Source: an uncultured Gammaproteobacteria bacterium
GTDB lineage: Bacteria > Patescibacteriota > Microgenomatia > UBA8517
Reading direction: 5' to 3'
DNA: 50,909 bases
Assembly: GCA_964489145.1 (NCBI GenBank)
Contig: CAZAXL010000001.1
Span: 1 to 50,909, forward strand
This document shows positions 1 through 9,675 of this stretch, piece by piece; position 1 is the first letter of the stretch; each line of letters starts with the position of its first letter. The notes under the pieces were generated by a model. That model saw only the letters and a program-made list of their open reading frames with translations, was not told the DNA's origin and did no database searches. Position numbers and translations under genes: made by a program.

Positions 1-76
1 GGGTGGTTGAGGAGACTTGAACTCCCGACCTTCCCCTCCACAGGGGGACGCTCTAACCAACTGAGCTACAACCACC
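1..76 (-). tRNA. tRNA-His(GTG); 3' CCA runs off the window edge
   Basis: The reverse complement folds as a cloverleaf: G-1 + GTGGTTG/CAACCAC acceptor, C73, D arm GCTC/GAGC, anticodon stem TCCCC/GGGGA with loop CT-GTG-GA (anticodon at 39-41), T loop TTCAAGT. Confidence 0.95.
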
Positions 77-114
77 ATGTATAATTTAAAACTATGTCTC
101 TAAAATAATCCCAC

Positions 115-591
115 CTAACTTTCTTCAGTATTTTTATCGTGGTGAATCAAGAAATGACAATTATAACAAACCCAGACTAAATTCGATTCTTTGTTGTTTC
201 GTCTGTTGTGATCCAAATGATGAACGCTCAAAATTCTCTCATCTGTCAATCCGCATCGTTCACAAACTGGAACTTTTCCCAGTCCTTTTAATATTTCTCT
301 ATAGACACTAATTCCACCCATCCAATTTGGATGTTTTTCCCCGATAAAATATCCATTTCTCCACTTGGTTTGACATGATTTACTACAGAAAAACTTTCCA
401 CTAACCGAGTTCTTCTGTCTGGTAAGCGATCTGTATGTTTTTTTACCACAAATATAGCAATCAACAACCTTACCGTTACATTGTGCCTTACTTCTACAAA
501 ACGCTGAGCAATATTTACCCCACCCCATTTTTTGATGGCTAGGTTTTGCATAAAAATTCCTACCACAAATTTCACAAAGTGCATTTGGCAT
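115..591 (-). CDS. HNH endonuclease with two N-terminal zinc-finger (CxxC...CSxxC) repeats
   Basis: CEIC..YCSAFC and CYIC..FCSKSC repeats, then CERC...VHHLDHNRRNNKESNLVWVCYNCHFLIH (HNH core). Confidence 0.85.
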   Translation of the reverse strand: MPNALCEICGRNFYAKPSHQKMGWGKYCSAFCRSKAQCNGKVVDCYICGKKTYRSLTRQKNSVSGKFFCSKSCQTKWRNGYFIGEKHPNWMGGISVYREILKGLGKVPVCERCGLTDERILSVHHLDHNRRNNKESNLVWVCYNCHFLIHHDKNTEES

Positions 592-599
592 CTAGATTA

Positions 600-605
600 A
601 TTATA
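600..605 (-). promoter_or_regulatory. -10 box TATAAT 8 nt upstream of the HNH ATG (near-leaderless)
   Basis: Minus strand reads TATAAT-TAATCTAG-ATG; no SD. Confidence 0.55.
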
Positions 606-610
606 ATGTC

Positions 611-670
611 AAAGGGCATCATTCAGCAAGAACAGGCGATCTAACCACACCGTTCCTCCGATCCCCCTTT
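611..670 (-). ncRNA. Putative structured RNA (60-nt hairpin) of unknown class
   Basis: Minus-strand stems AAAGGG/CCCUUU, AUC/GAU, AGGAACGG/CUGUUCUU and GUGGU/AUCGC; TG-g-TAAAAT lies upstream at 706-714. Confidence 0.3.
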
Positions 671-774
671 CAGTATTACTGTCTAATTTTACGGAGAACA
701 TCTATATTTTACCACGAGGCATGCTATTTTGCCGAATGGTAAGTCACCTGTTATAATTTACTCTACTCAAAAAA

Positions 775-1464
775 ATGAAGGAGTTTTTTCAAAGAAATAA
801 AGTCTTCATAATAGTAGTTCTGGCTACTCTCGCCGTGATTGTGGGAGGAATATTTCTTATGGATGGTGGAAGCTCTCCCCAGACAAATTTTACTGCTGTT
901 AATTCCTCAATTCTGGTTCCAACAGGTGTTTATGAAACGTCGGGCTTTGTTGATGGAAAATATCTTGCCGCAAGCCCTTCAGCCACCGTTACTCTGGTTG
1001 AATTTGGGGATTACGAGTGTCCCGCTTGTGCCGTTTACGCTCCCTTTGTCAAACAAGTTTTAACCGAATTTGCCGGCAAAGTAACTTATGTATTCAGAAA
1101 CTATCCCCTGCCTCAACACAAAAATGCTTCCATTTCATCGTATGCGGTAGAAGCAGCCGGAGTTCAGGGTAAATATTGGGAAATGCAGGAAAAAGTATAT
1201 GCGACCCAAAACGATTGGGTAAAGTCATCCGATCCGACAAGTCTTTTTGTTGAATATGCCAAGGGTTTGGGGTTAAACACGGATCAATTTCTTTCGGACA
1301 TGGGTTCTCAAAAAGTAAAAAATATTGTACAAAGAGACACGAATGACGGAAACACAGTGAGACTGAACGAAACCCCCACTTTTTATATTAACGGCAAGAA
1401 AGTTACTCTTTCGGGAGATCCAAACCAGCTTAAAAACTTAATTCGGACGGAGCTTGGTATATAA
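775..1464 (+). CDS. DsbA-family thioredoxin-fold protein, membrane anchored
   Basis: N-terminal TM helix, EFGDYECPAC (CxxC), ETPTFYING cis-Pro loop. Confidence 0.9.
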   Translation: MKEFFQRNKVFIIVVLATLAVIVGGIFLMDGGSSPQTNFTAVNSSILVPTGVYETSGFVDGKYLAASPSATVTLVEFGDYECPACAVYAPFVKQVLTEFAGKVTYVFRNYPLPQHKNASISSYAVEAAGVQGKYWEMQEKVYATQNDWVKSSDPTSLFVEYAKGLGLNTDQFLSDMGSQKVKNIVQRDTNDGNTVRLNETPTFYINGKKVTLSGDPNQLKNLIRTELGI

Positions 1465-2790
1465 CTATTTTCTGGAGATCGAATAAATTGTCGGATAGTA
1501 TAGAAACGCAGCCGGAGAATCTTCCACCAAAAACCTTTGAAAATCCAAATAAATTTTCTTTCGTGATTCCAAGTCAATCTGGCTTCTCCCGTCCTCCAAA
1601 AGTTTATCAACTCTGGGATCCTCGTACCGGGTAATGTTGGTCGATGTCTGGGTCGAATGCCAAATGGAATATTGATCGGGATCATCCGGTATGTCAAAAA
1701 TTGCCAAAAAAGCCTGAAAATCGGTAGGTATGGTAGAAATAACTTGCAAGTTTATGTTTACACCCACTGCCCGCCAATCGTTTGCTATCAATTCTGCTTT
1801 ACTTAAAAGCAGTGGCGAAGTTGATAAATTTATTGAAATCTCATCGAGTTTGTTTGTCTTTTTATAATCATCAATCATCTGTTTAGCTTTGGCCGGATCA
1901 TAATCATAGGGTTTAACCTGGGGGTTATAGGCCCATGAATCCATTGAAATGGGACTTGTAGCACGCACTCCGCCGAGTTTTGTTTTATCTATTGCGTAGG
2001 ATAATGCCTGGCGCAGGTTTTTTTCCTGCAAAGTATTGTCCTTTGTGTTGAAAAATACAGCCACAAATTCACCGGTATCTGTGATGCTATCTATTTTAAC
2101 CTTCGGCCAGGCGTCAAAAGGTGAGATACTAAACAAATCCTCAAGTTTGTCTACCTGTCCAAGCTCAAAAGCGGTCTTGGTACGTTCCTCTGTGGGATAA
2201 AATTTATAAACTATTTTTTCTTTATCTTTTGAAATAAGATCTATCTGCTCAACAATGGAGCCATTCAATGAAATTTTGGAAACTTTCCACTCGCCTGTTC
2301 CCAAAAGACCGGATTTAAAAGTCGGGCGCGAAACCACAGCAGGAAAAGCAGAGTAGGCATTTTGGAGCTTAAATATAATTGTTTTGTTATCCGGCTGCTC
2401 GATGGTTACATCAGAGAATTGGTAATTAATATTTTTACTTGTTAGCTTTTCTCCGTCCTGCCAATAAATATTATCCTTTAGCGTAAATGTCCAGGTTTTT
2501 CCTTTGTCCGTTGTTTCCCATGAAGAGGCTAAATTGGGAATAACGCTTCCGTCAGAGTCGATTTTTGTCAAACCGTCACCGATTAATCTTAAAATTGAAG
2601 CAGGTAAGTTGCTCACGACATATCTCCCTGTTTCCCCGATTCTTATTGTTTGGTTCAACCCGATGGCAGGAAGTAAAAAATTTAATAAAAAGAAGAAAAC
2701 AACACCCAACCCTATTCCTAGAAAAATTAAAATTTTGAATCTGGAAAAAAATGCTCCAATTAACCTAAAAATATAGCGGAGATTTAACAT
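1465..2790 (-). CDS. Peptide/nickel ABC transporter substrate-binding protein (family 5)
   Basis: N-terminal TM, LAxSWE..DGKTWTFTL...WQDG, C-terminal DPRVDKLLEDGR...R..IY..FQ motifs. Confidence 0.85.
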   Translation of the reverse strand: MLNLRYIFRLIGAFFSRFKILIFLGIGLGVVFFFLLNFLLPAIGLNQTIRIGETGRYVVSNLPASILRLIGDGLTKIDSDGSVIPNLASSWETTDKGKTWTFTLKDNIYWQDGEKLTSKNINYQFSDVTIEQPDNKTIIFKLQNAYSAFPAVVSRPTFKSGLLGTGEWKVSKISLNGSIVEQIDLISKDKEKIVYKFYPTEERTKTAFELGQVDKLEDLFSISPFDAWPKVKIDSITDTGEFVAVFFNTKDNTLQEKNLRQALSYAIDKTKLGGVRATSPISMDSWAYNPQVKPYDYDPAKAKQMIDDYKKTNKLDEISINLSTSPLLLSKAELIANDWRAVGVNINLQVISTIPTDFQAFLAIFDIPDDPDQYSIWHSTQTSTNITRYEDPRVDKLLEDGRSQIDLESRKKIYLDFQRFLVEDSPAAFLYYPTIYSISRK

Positions 2791-2796
2791 TAATAA

Positions 2797-3009
2797 TTAA
2801 AAAACAAGCTGCAGGATGGATACGGCAATAAACAAAAAGACAACGACAAAAGTTAAGCGGAAAACCAGTTTTTCCAACCCCCTTCTTGTAAAAGAAGCGC
2901 CACCTATACCACTCGACCTGCCAAAACCGGTTCCTCTGGCTTGAATTAACACCAAACCAATCAGTGCTACTGATACGATTATCTGTACAATAGTTAAAAT
3001 TTGCTTCAT
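2797..3009 (-). CDS. secG: Preprotein translocase subunit SecG
   Basis: Two TM segments with LIQARGTGFG...TRRGLEKLVFRLT. Confidence 0.9.
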   Translation of the reverse strand: MKQILTIVQIIVSVALIGLVLIQARGTGFGRSSGIGGASFTRRGLEKLVFRLTFVVVFLFIAVSILQLVF

Positions 3010-3036
3010 TCCAAGTCTAATTATAACACCCCACCC

Positions 3037-3441
3037 TTATTTTAGTAACCAATCGATGAACGAAGATATTATAGAAATAATAAATGAAAACGCAATGAAG
3101 GCTGCTACCCCGCCCAAGGAAATCTGCGGGATTGATATCCAATAAGAGGAAAAACCCTTAAACGCAAAGTCCACAATTTTAAATCCGGGTACAACTAGGG
3201 TGACAATATAGAGGGTGATCGCGTACCCCACCCACCTAAAAAGCCCAAATGTTATTAAATTTATAGGCAGAAGAAGAATATTAATGATGGGTTTTACAAC
3301 AAGAGATGCCAGGGTTAAAGCAACCCCTGTCAAAAGAACCGTGTTTGTTCCGTTGGTAAACACCATTCCCGAAACTGCCAATGAAATAAGATATAAAGAT
3401 ACGGCGTTAATGAGGAAGTGTTTCAAAGCATGTCGTATCAT
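3037..3441 (-). CDS. 4-TM membrane protein, 'phage holin family' (YvlD-like)
   Basis: VKPIINILLLPINLITFGLF signature of the holin superfamily IV/YvlD family. Confidence 0.8.
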   Translation of the reverse strand: MIRHALKHFLINAVSLYLISLAVSGMVFTNGTNTVLLTGVALTLASLVVKPIINILLLPINLITFGLFRWVGYAITLYIVTLVVPGFKIVDFAFKGFSSYWISIPQISLGGVAAFIAFSFIISIISSFIDWLLK

Positions 3442-3465
3442 AAGTTAAGTATATGACATGTAGTT

Positions 3466-4812
3466 TTAGCTTTCAAATAATGATCTTGAAAAAAGCCTGT
3501 GATGATATGATTGTGCAAATCGATGGGCTTCGTCGCGGATCCTCTGCATTAGGTTTAAGGTGGGACCTTTTGAGAATTTATGTTCTTTGATATTAGCCGT
3601 TCCTGAATTTTTAACCGGTATGATCAGTGTTTCGAACCTTTTTGCCAAACCAACAACAGGTATCTTGTCTTTTTCAAACTCTTTCAAAAAGACCGAGAGC
3701 TGTCCCCATCCCCCGTCAACTACTATTAAGTCGGGTCTACCCCAGTCGGACAGGTGTTTCTTTCGTCTTCTTGCCACCTCCCGCATTGATTCGTAATCAT
3801 CATTGCCCTTTTTTTGAATAATTCGGAAGTGACGATATAAACTTTTTTCAGCGGCGCCTTCAATGAATGTGACCATGGAAGCAGTAGCATTTGAACCGGA
3901 AATGTGGGCAACATCAAAACACTCAATCCTTTTTAAAGAACCGACAGACATCTTGTACAAATTCAGGATCTTTTTAAAGTCGGTTAACTCTTTATTTCTG
4001 ATATCTTCATACAGATTAGGATTTTCTATGTAGTACTCAACCGGAGTTTTTGATTTTGTGATGTACTCCAATTTTTGTATTTTATCGCGCAATGTCGCCG
4101 CCTCCTCAAAATTCTGATTATCGGAAAGACTCTTCATTTCTTTTTCTAAATCTTTTTTGAGAGAGTCGATATTTCCGTTCAGAAGCGACTTAATATTTTT
4201 TATGTTTTTGTGGTACTGTTTTTTAAATTTTAATTTTAAATCTTCGTTTTTTATTCCCTCTATCCTATTCGGACACGGATCACAAAGTCCTATTTGTGAA
4301 TATAGACATGCTCTTTTTCCGATTTTGTGTTCGGAGTATGGGAAAATACGTCTTAGCATTTTTAAAACTCCCCTAACGTTGCCTGAAGAAGGAAAAGGAC
4401 CGTATGTTGCAATATCGGGGGTATTTTTCAAGTTTGATTTTCGGGCGGTTATGACTCTGGGATACCCTTCATCCGTTATTTGGATATACAAAGGATGTTT
4501 ATCATCCTTGGCAATAATATTATATTTGGGTAGGTATAGTTTAATAAGTTTTGCCTCCAGGAGAAGCGCTTCAAGTTCACTTGAAACTTTAATATAAGAA
4601 ATATATTCTGCATCGTCCATCAGCCTTTTTGTTTTTGGTTCAAGGTTTAAGCCAAAATATGAAGAGATCCTCCTTTTTAAGTTAATAGCCTTTCCAACAT
4701 AAATCGGTAAATGATTTTTGAAGTATATATAAACTCCGGGACTTTCGGGAAGATCCAGATAAATCTTAGGTGTTATTCTTATTTTCGGGAGTTTGGTCAA
4801 TAGGTTTTGCAT
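3466..4812 (-). CDS. uvrC: Excinuclease ABC subunit C, short form without the C-terminal HhH domain
   Basis: GIY-YIG PGVY...IYVGKAINLKRR, Cys cluster, UVR domain, RNase H-like IECFDVAH...PDLIVVDGG...RDEAHRFA. The start codon is uncertain. Confidence 0.9.
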   Translation of the reverse strand: MQNLLTKLPKIRITPKIYLDLPESPGVYIYFKNHLPIYVGKAINLKRRISSYFGLNLEPKTKRLMDDAEYISYIKVSSELEALLLEAKLIKLYLPKYNIIAKDDKHPLYIQITDEGYPRVITARKSNLKNTPDIATYGPFPSSGNVRGVLKMLRRIFPYSEHKIGKRACLYSQIGLCDPCPNRIEGIKNEDLKLKFKKQYHKNIKNIKSLLNGNIDSLKKDLEKEMKSLSDNQNFEEAATLRDKIQKLEYITKSKTPVEYYIENPNLYEDIRNKELTDFKKILNLYKMSVGSLKRIECFDVAHISGSNATASMVTFIEGAAEKSLYRHFRIIQKKGNDDYESMREVARRRKKHLSDWGRPDLIVVDGGWGQLSVFLKEFEKDKIPVVGLAKRFETLIIPVKNSGTANIKEHKFSKGPTLNLMQRIRDEAHRFAQSYHHRLFSRSLFES

Positions 4813-6664
4813 TATTTTTATTTATAGAAGCTCTTATTTTAGCAAATACAGAAAATATTTTAATTTTTTTGACCTTAACAAGAATAAAAACAGTAATAAA
4901 TATCAAAAAGGCGGTGACCACCAGCAGGCTGTCGACGACAATCTGCTTTTTGTTTGTCATTATTTCTGCCTGACTGGAATTAACTTGCACCTTGATTACA
5001 TTCGGCATATCTTTTCCAAGGAAACTGTGGGGAAGAGTGATCTGAATTTGCTTATTCGAATACGGAGGCAGTACTTCTATGACATCTCTGGTTTTTTCAG
5101 AAGAGTCGTAATAAATTGTTGGGTATACCGAATAAAGAGCCGCCGGTCCGGGGTTTGATATTGTTGTCGTATAGATTGAACTGAAAAATGGCAGAACTCT
5201 GTAGGATTTAATGGAAACAGTCGGGACGCTAATTCGGGTAGAAGGAAGTTGACCGAAAGAAACAAAAACATCTTTTTGCGGATTTGGTCCGAGTTTATAT
5301 GATCCCGGAGGATAAGGTAGGGTTGAACTTTTTCCGTGTATTACGAATGCAAAATGCCTTAGGTCGAGTTTGTTGAAATAGTCCACGCCCCCCGTAGTTG
5401 ATCCCCAAGTCGGGTCAACAGGAATCCAAATACCCTTTTCTTTATCGTAATATTCCGGCCATGCATGCAAAACATCGGCTACCAAACTAAGAGGCTGGAG
5501 TTCGGGATTTTCCGTATAGGCAAATCCATTTACTTCACGGGCAGGAATACCTGCAGCCCTGGCAATGGCAATGAAAAGGTCCGTAAACTCCATGCATATC
5601 GCCTGGGTTGAATTTTGCAACGCCTTTACCGCACCCAACCTTTGTACATTGGGCTGGACACGACTGAAATCGTATTTTAGGGTTTGCGAAACATAATCAT
5701 ATATGGCTTTGGGCGTCTTAAGCTCTCTGGCCAATTCTTGGATTTTTGGATCACTCACCTGCCAATATCCATCTTCTTTTAAGCTGTCGTTAAGTTCCTG
5801 ATTTGTTGCCTTCGGGAAAGATCTGTAACTTGCAAAAATTTGAACGGCTCCGGAGACTGCAATGTCGATTCTTTGTCTTGGGTCAAGATCATATGTTGCA
5901 AGCCAGTTTCCGTCCGAATCCACGCTGACATTTGTTGGTTTGGGATCAATTTTTTGTATGTAAACCTTTTGAAAAGCGGTATCGGGGGGAAGTGCGATTT
6001 GAGTACTTGAGGGTCTGGAAAGAGGGTTTTCCAGATGGTACAAAAGGTTAAAAGAAAAAATTTGAAATTGTCCATAGCCGGCACTAACCCCTGTTTGTAT
6101 CAAACTATTTCGTCCAAAAGAATAAACATATCCCGACTCCCCCAGCTCACTTGAATCAGGTTTTGGCGAAATATAGGCCTCAAGCCCAAAACTTTTTGGT
6201 ATTTTGAGTATTAATTGATAGTTTCTGAAATTAGTCTGATCTCCCAGTCTTGGAATTGAAATTTCCCAGACCTCACCTGTCCTTACGGCAAAGCTGGAAT
6301 TTTCATAAGTAATAGTAAAATGTCTTTGGGTTCCTTTTCCAACGCTCGAATCAGGAAAAGTTATTTTTATATTGGTTACGTCTCCATCTTTTGAAATTTC
6401 CGTGGGGAATCCTACCCCTTTATCGCTTTCTGCTTTAACATTTGTTGCGTCAATGTTTTCAAGACCGAGCGTATAGGTGGTGGCATATAAATTGGAAAAG
6501 TTATTTTCCAAAGTTACATTGTGTGTGACAAGTGTTTTTCCGGATTCCTGGACACTGTAGATAACATTTGCATCAACAAAAAATTCATCCTGCGCCGATA
6601 CGGAAGATGGTAAAAAATAAAAAGCAGAGAGCAAAAGAAAAACGAGAAACTTCCAAAACTTCAT
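4766..6664 (-). CDS. Exported transglutaminase-like domain protein with C-terminal TM anchor
   Basis: Signal peptide; intact Cys-His-Asp triad (AICMEF, HAWPEYY, PVDPTW). Confidence 0.85.
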   Translation of the reverse strand: MKFWKFLVFLLLSAFYFLPSSVSAQDEFFVDANVIYSVQESGKTLVTHNVTLENNFSNLYATTYTLGLENIDATNVKAESDKGVGFPTEISKDGDVTNIKITFPDSSVGKGTQRHFTITYENSSFAVRTGEVWEISIPRLGDQTNFRNYQLILKIPKSFGLEAYISPKPDSSELGESGYVYSFGRNSLIQTGVSAGYGQFQIFSFNLLYHLENPLSRPSSTQIALPPDTAFQKVYIQKIDPKPTNVSVDSDGNWLATYDLDPRQRIDIAVSGAVQIFASYRSFPKATNQELNDSLKEDGYWQVSDPKIQELARELKTPKAIYDYVSQTLKYDFSRVQPNVQRLGAVKALQNSTQAICMEFTDLFIAIARAAGIPAREVNGFAYTENPELQPLSLVADVLHAWPEYYDKEKGIWIPVDPTWGSTTGGVDYFNKLDLRHFAFVIHGKSSTLPYPPGSYKLGPNPQKDVFVSFGQLPSTRISVPTVSIKSYRVLPFFSSIYTTTISNPGPAALYSVYPTIYYDSSEKTRDVIEVLPPYSNKQIQITLPHSFLGKDMPNVIKVQVNSSQAEIMTNKKQIVVDSLLVVTAFLIFITVFILVKVKKIKIFSVFAKIRASINKNNAKPIDQTPENKNNT

Positions 6665-6683
6665 GTAATTAGTATAACTGAAA

Positions 6684-9605
6684 TTATCTCAAATATTCTC
6701 CTGTATATGAAGCCTTAACCTTGGCTATATCGCTTGGTTTTCCTGTTGTTACAATTTTTCCTCCTGCGTCTCCCCCCTCGGGTCCCAAATCGATAACCCA
6801 GTCGCTGTTTCTAATAACATCTAAATTATGCTCTATTACAAAAACTGAATTACCTTTTTGAACAAGTAGTTTTAACACCCGCATTAATTTCTCAACATCG
6901 GCAAAATGGAGTCCTGTGGTCGGTTCATCCAAGATGTAAACTGTTCTGCCGGTTGCCCTTTTGGAAAGCTCCGTTGCCAGCTTTACCCTTTGTGCTTCCC
7001 CTCCCGAGAGAGTTGTTGCGGGCTGTCCCAGCTCCATGTACCCAAGACCGACCAACGACAATGTTTCAAGTTTCTGTTCAATTTGAGAGTGTGCGTGGAA
7101 AAATTCCAATGCTTCGTCCACAGTCATATCTAAAATTTCTGCGATATTTTTACCCCGATATACAACCTCCAGAGTTTGGGCATTGTAGCGTTTTCCGTGG
7201 CATACATCGCAAGTAACCCAGATATCGCTCATAAATTGCATTTCAATCTTTATCTGCCCCTGGCCTTCACAAGATTCACATCTGCCGCCCCTGACATTAA
7301 AAGAAAATCTTCCTTTTTTAAACCCCGCGGCTTTAGCATCGTGGGTAGCTGTAAAAACGTCACGGATTGGATCAAAAAGTCCCGTATACGTCGCCGGATT
7401 ACTTCTGGGAGTTCTACCTATCGGGCTCTGATCGATTAAAATTGCCTTATCAATATTTTCCAATCCCTCAATTCTTTTATATCCGCCGGATTCCCCACGG
7501 TAATTTGAATTCAACTCTTTCTGAAGGGCCGGAAACAGTGTTTCAACCAGGAGCGTGGACTTGCCCGATCCCGAAACTCCGGTAATGGAAATAAGTTTTC
7601 CCAAAGGAAATTCTACATCAATATTTTTTAGATTGTATTGATTTGCGCCGTAAATTTTTAGTTTTGAGGCTTCACTTTGTAATTTCAGGTTTGAAATCTG
7701 AGACGGCAACTCAACTTTCTTTTTGCCCGATAAATATTTACCTGTGATTGATTTTGCACTTTTCTCAATTTCTTCGGGAGTTCCCGTGGCGATAACCTCT
7801 CCGCCGTGCTTGCCTGCACCCGGACCGAAATCGGCAATCCAGTCGCTTTGCTTCATCATGGTTGCGTCATGCTCAACGACAACTACGGTATTCCCCAAAT
7901 CTCTGAGATTTTTGAGCGTGTCAATAAGTTTCTGATCATCTCTGGGGTGAAGGCCAATTGTCGGTTCATCAAGAACATACAGCACTCCGGTCAAACCCGA
8001 TCCGATTTGACTGGCAAGTCTGATTCTCTGAGCCTCACCTCCAGAAAGAGATCCCGCAACGCGATTCAAAGTCAGATATTCAAGTCCTACGGAAAGTAAA
8101 AATTTCAACCGTCCTTGAGTTTCTTTAATAATCAACCTGCTGATTTCTTTTTCCCTACCATTCACTTCATTGATATATATTAATGAAGTAACCCACTCGA
8201 GAGCTTTGACGATAGACATTTCAGTTACCTGGGCGATAGACAGACCCCCGATTGTTATGGAAAGCGCCTCTTTTTTAAGCCTTAAGCCGTTGCATTCAGG
8301 ACAAAGCTTTTCTCTCATATACTTTTTGATCTCCTCTTTTACCCAGTCACTTTCGGATTCTGCGTATCTTCTTTCCAGCTCCGCAATAAATCCATAGAAA
8401 TCCTGCCAGATATAAGTTTCCCTGCCAAATCTATTTGTTCCGTAAACATGGTATTTTTTATCTCCCGTACCGTTTAATAAAATATCTTTTTCTTTTTCAC
8501 TAAAATCTTTAATGGCTTTATGCATATCGATTGAGTTTTCCTCACACATTTTCTTAATTACACGTCCGTACCAGGTTTCATGTTCAAACATGTTTGAGAA
8601 AGGCAGGATTCCACCCTCCATGATCGAAAGTTCCTCTGAAAATATAAGTTCAGGTTCGGCTTTTAGGATTTTTCCTAAACCCGTACATGTTGGGCAAGCT
8701 CCTTGAGGAGAGTTAAAAGAGAAACTTCGGGGTTCGATTTCAGGAAGGCTAATATTGTCTACCGGACAGGCAAATCTTTCCGAGAAAAGATGGTCCTCAA
8801 ACTTTTTAGGATTTGTCGGCATAGTGAACTCTTTATCCTGGACATGTGCCAGAATAACCATTCCTTCGGACAAATTAAGAGACTGTTGGATAGAATCTGC
8901 AAGTCTGTTCTTTAGCTCCGTTTTGGAGGACTGTCCCTTGAGGCTGTCTGTCGAAAGCGCAATCCTATCGGTAACGGCTTCAATGGTGTGTTTGTTTGTT
9001 TTGATAAGGATAAGGTCCTCAGACAAATCGTGAATAAATCCGTCGATTCTTACTTGTCTGTAGCCCTTGCTTTTTAAATTTTCAAAAAGCTGCGAGAATT
9101 CACCTTTTCTGGCTACAACCATCGGAGAAAGAACCAAAAACCAGGCTTTTTTATCTGCTTTGGCGGTGGTTTCAATCAAATTCATTGTCTGGTCTACAAT
9201 TTGGTCGAGGGTCTGATGGGAAATCTCTCTGCCGCAAACCGGACAGTGCGGGTGTCCGATTCTGGCAAAAAGAAGTCTCAAATAGTCATAAATTTCAGTT
9301 ACCGTTCCCACTGTGCTTCTGGGGTTGTGGGATGTTGTTTTTTGGTCAATGGAAATTGCGGGAGACAGGCCTTCAATAGAGTCCACGTCAGGCTTTTCCA
9401 TAATACCCAGGAATTGTCTTGCGTAGGAAGAAAGGGACTCAACATATCTTCTTTGTCCCTCGGCATAAAGCGTGTCAAAGGCCAATGAGCTTTTTCCTGA
9501 CCCCGAAACTCCTGTTAAAACAACAAGTTTGTTTTTGGGGATATCAAGATCAACATTTTTAAGATTGTGCTGTCTGGCGCCCCTGATTTTGATGACGTTT
9601 TCCAT
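6684..9605 (-). CDS. uvrA: Excinuclease ABC subunit A
   Basis: GVSGSGKSS and GVSGSGKST Walker A motifs, two LSGGEAQR signatures, zinc fingers. Confidence 0.98.
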   Translation of the reverse strand: MENVIKIRGARQHNLKNVDLDIPKNKLVVLTGVSGSGKSSLAFDTLYAEGQRRYVESLSSYARQFLGIMEKPDVDSIEGLSPAISIDQKTTSHNPRSTVGTVTEIYDYLRLLFARIGHPHCPVCGREISHQTLDQIVDQTMNLIETTAKADKKAWFLVLSPMVVARKGEFSQLFENLKSKGYRQVRIDGFIHDLSEDLILIKTNKHTIEAVTDRIALSTDSLKGQSSKTELKNRLADSIQQSLNLSEGMVILAHVQDKEFTMPTNPKKFEDHLFSERFACPVDNISLPEIEPRSFSFNSPQGACPTCTGLGKILKAEPELIFSEELSIMEGGILPFSNMFEHETWYGRVIKKMCEENSIDMHKAIKDFSEKEKDILLNGTGDKKYHVYGTNRFGRETYIWQDFYGFIAELERRYAESESDWVKEEIKKYMREKLCPECNGLRLKKEALSITIGGLSIAQVTEMSIVKALEWVTSLIYINEVNGREKEISRLIIKETQGRLKFLLSVGLEYLTLNRVAGSLSGGEAQRIRLASQIGSGLTGVLYVLDEPTIGLHPRDDQKLIDTLKNLRDLGNTVVVVEHDATMMKQSDWIADFGPGAGKHGGEVIATGTPEEIEKSAKSITGKYLSGKKKVELPSQISNLKLQSEASKLKIYGANQYNLKNIDVEFPLGKLISITGVSGSGKSTLLVETLFPALQKELNSNYRGESGGYKRIEGLENIDKAILIDQSPIGRTPRSNPATYTGLFDPIRDVFTATHDAKAAGFKKGRFSFNVRGGRCESCEGQGQIKIEMQFMSDIWVTCDVCHGKRYNAQTLEVVYRGKNIAEILDMTVDEALEFFHAHSQIEQKLETLSLVGLGYMELGQPATTLSGGEAQRVKLATELSKRATGRTVYILDEPTTGLHFADVEKLMRVLKLLVQKGNSVFVIEHNLDVIRNSDWVIDLGPEGGDAGGKIVTTGKPSDIAKVKASYTGEYLR

Positions 9606-9642
9606 ACAAAGTACCCGCCGGTTTTATCCGGTGGACGCTGAA

Positions 9643-9651
9643 ATTATAACA
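9643..9651 (-). promoter_or_regulatory. Extended -10 promoter (TG-t-TATAAT) of uvrA
   Basis: Minus strand CGTATGTTATAAT, matching CGTATGTTAAAAT upstream of uvrB. Confidence 0.6.
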
Positions 9652-9675
9652 TACGGGTTCGGGGGGATAAATTTG

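Noticed and set aside
636-650. tRNA fragment inside the hairpin upstream of the HNH (TGGTTAGATCG resembles the tRNA-His D loop TGGTTAGAGCG)
   Set aside because: It is only a 10/11 match, with no acceptor, anticodon or T arm around it; chance is likely.
3037-3441. Holin as evidence for a prophage
   Set aside because: This family is commonly chromosomal, and the window has no endolysin, capsid, terminase or integrase genes.
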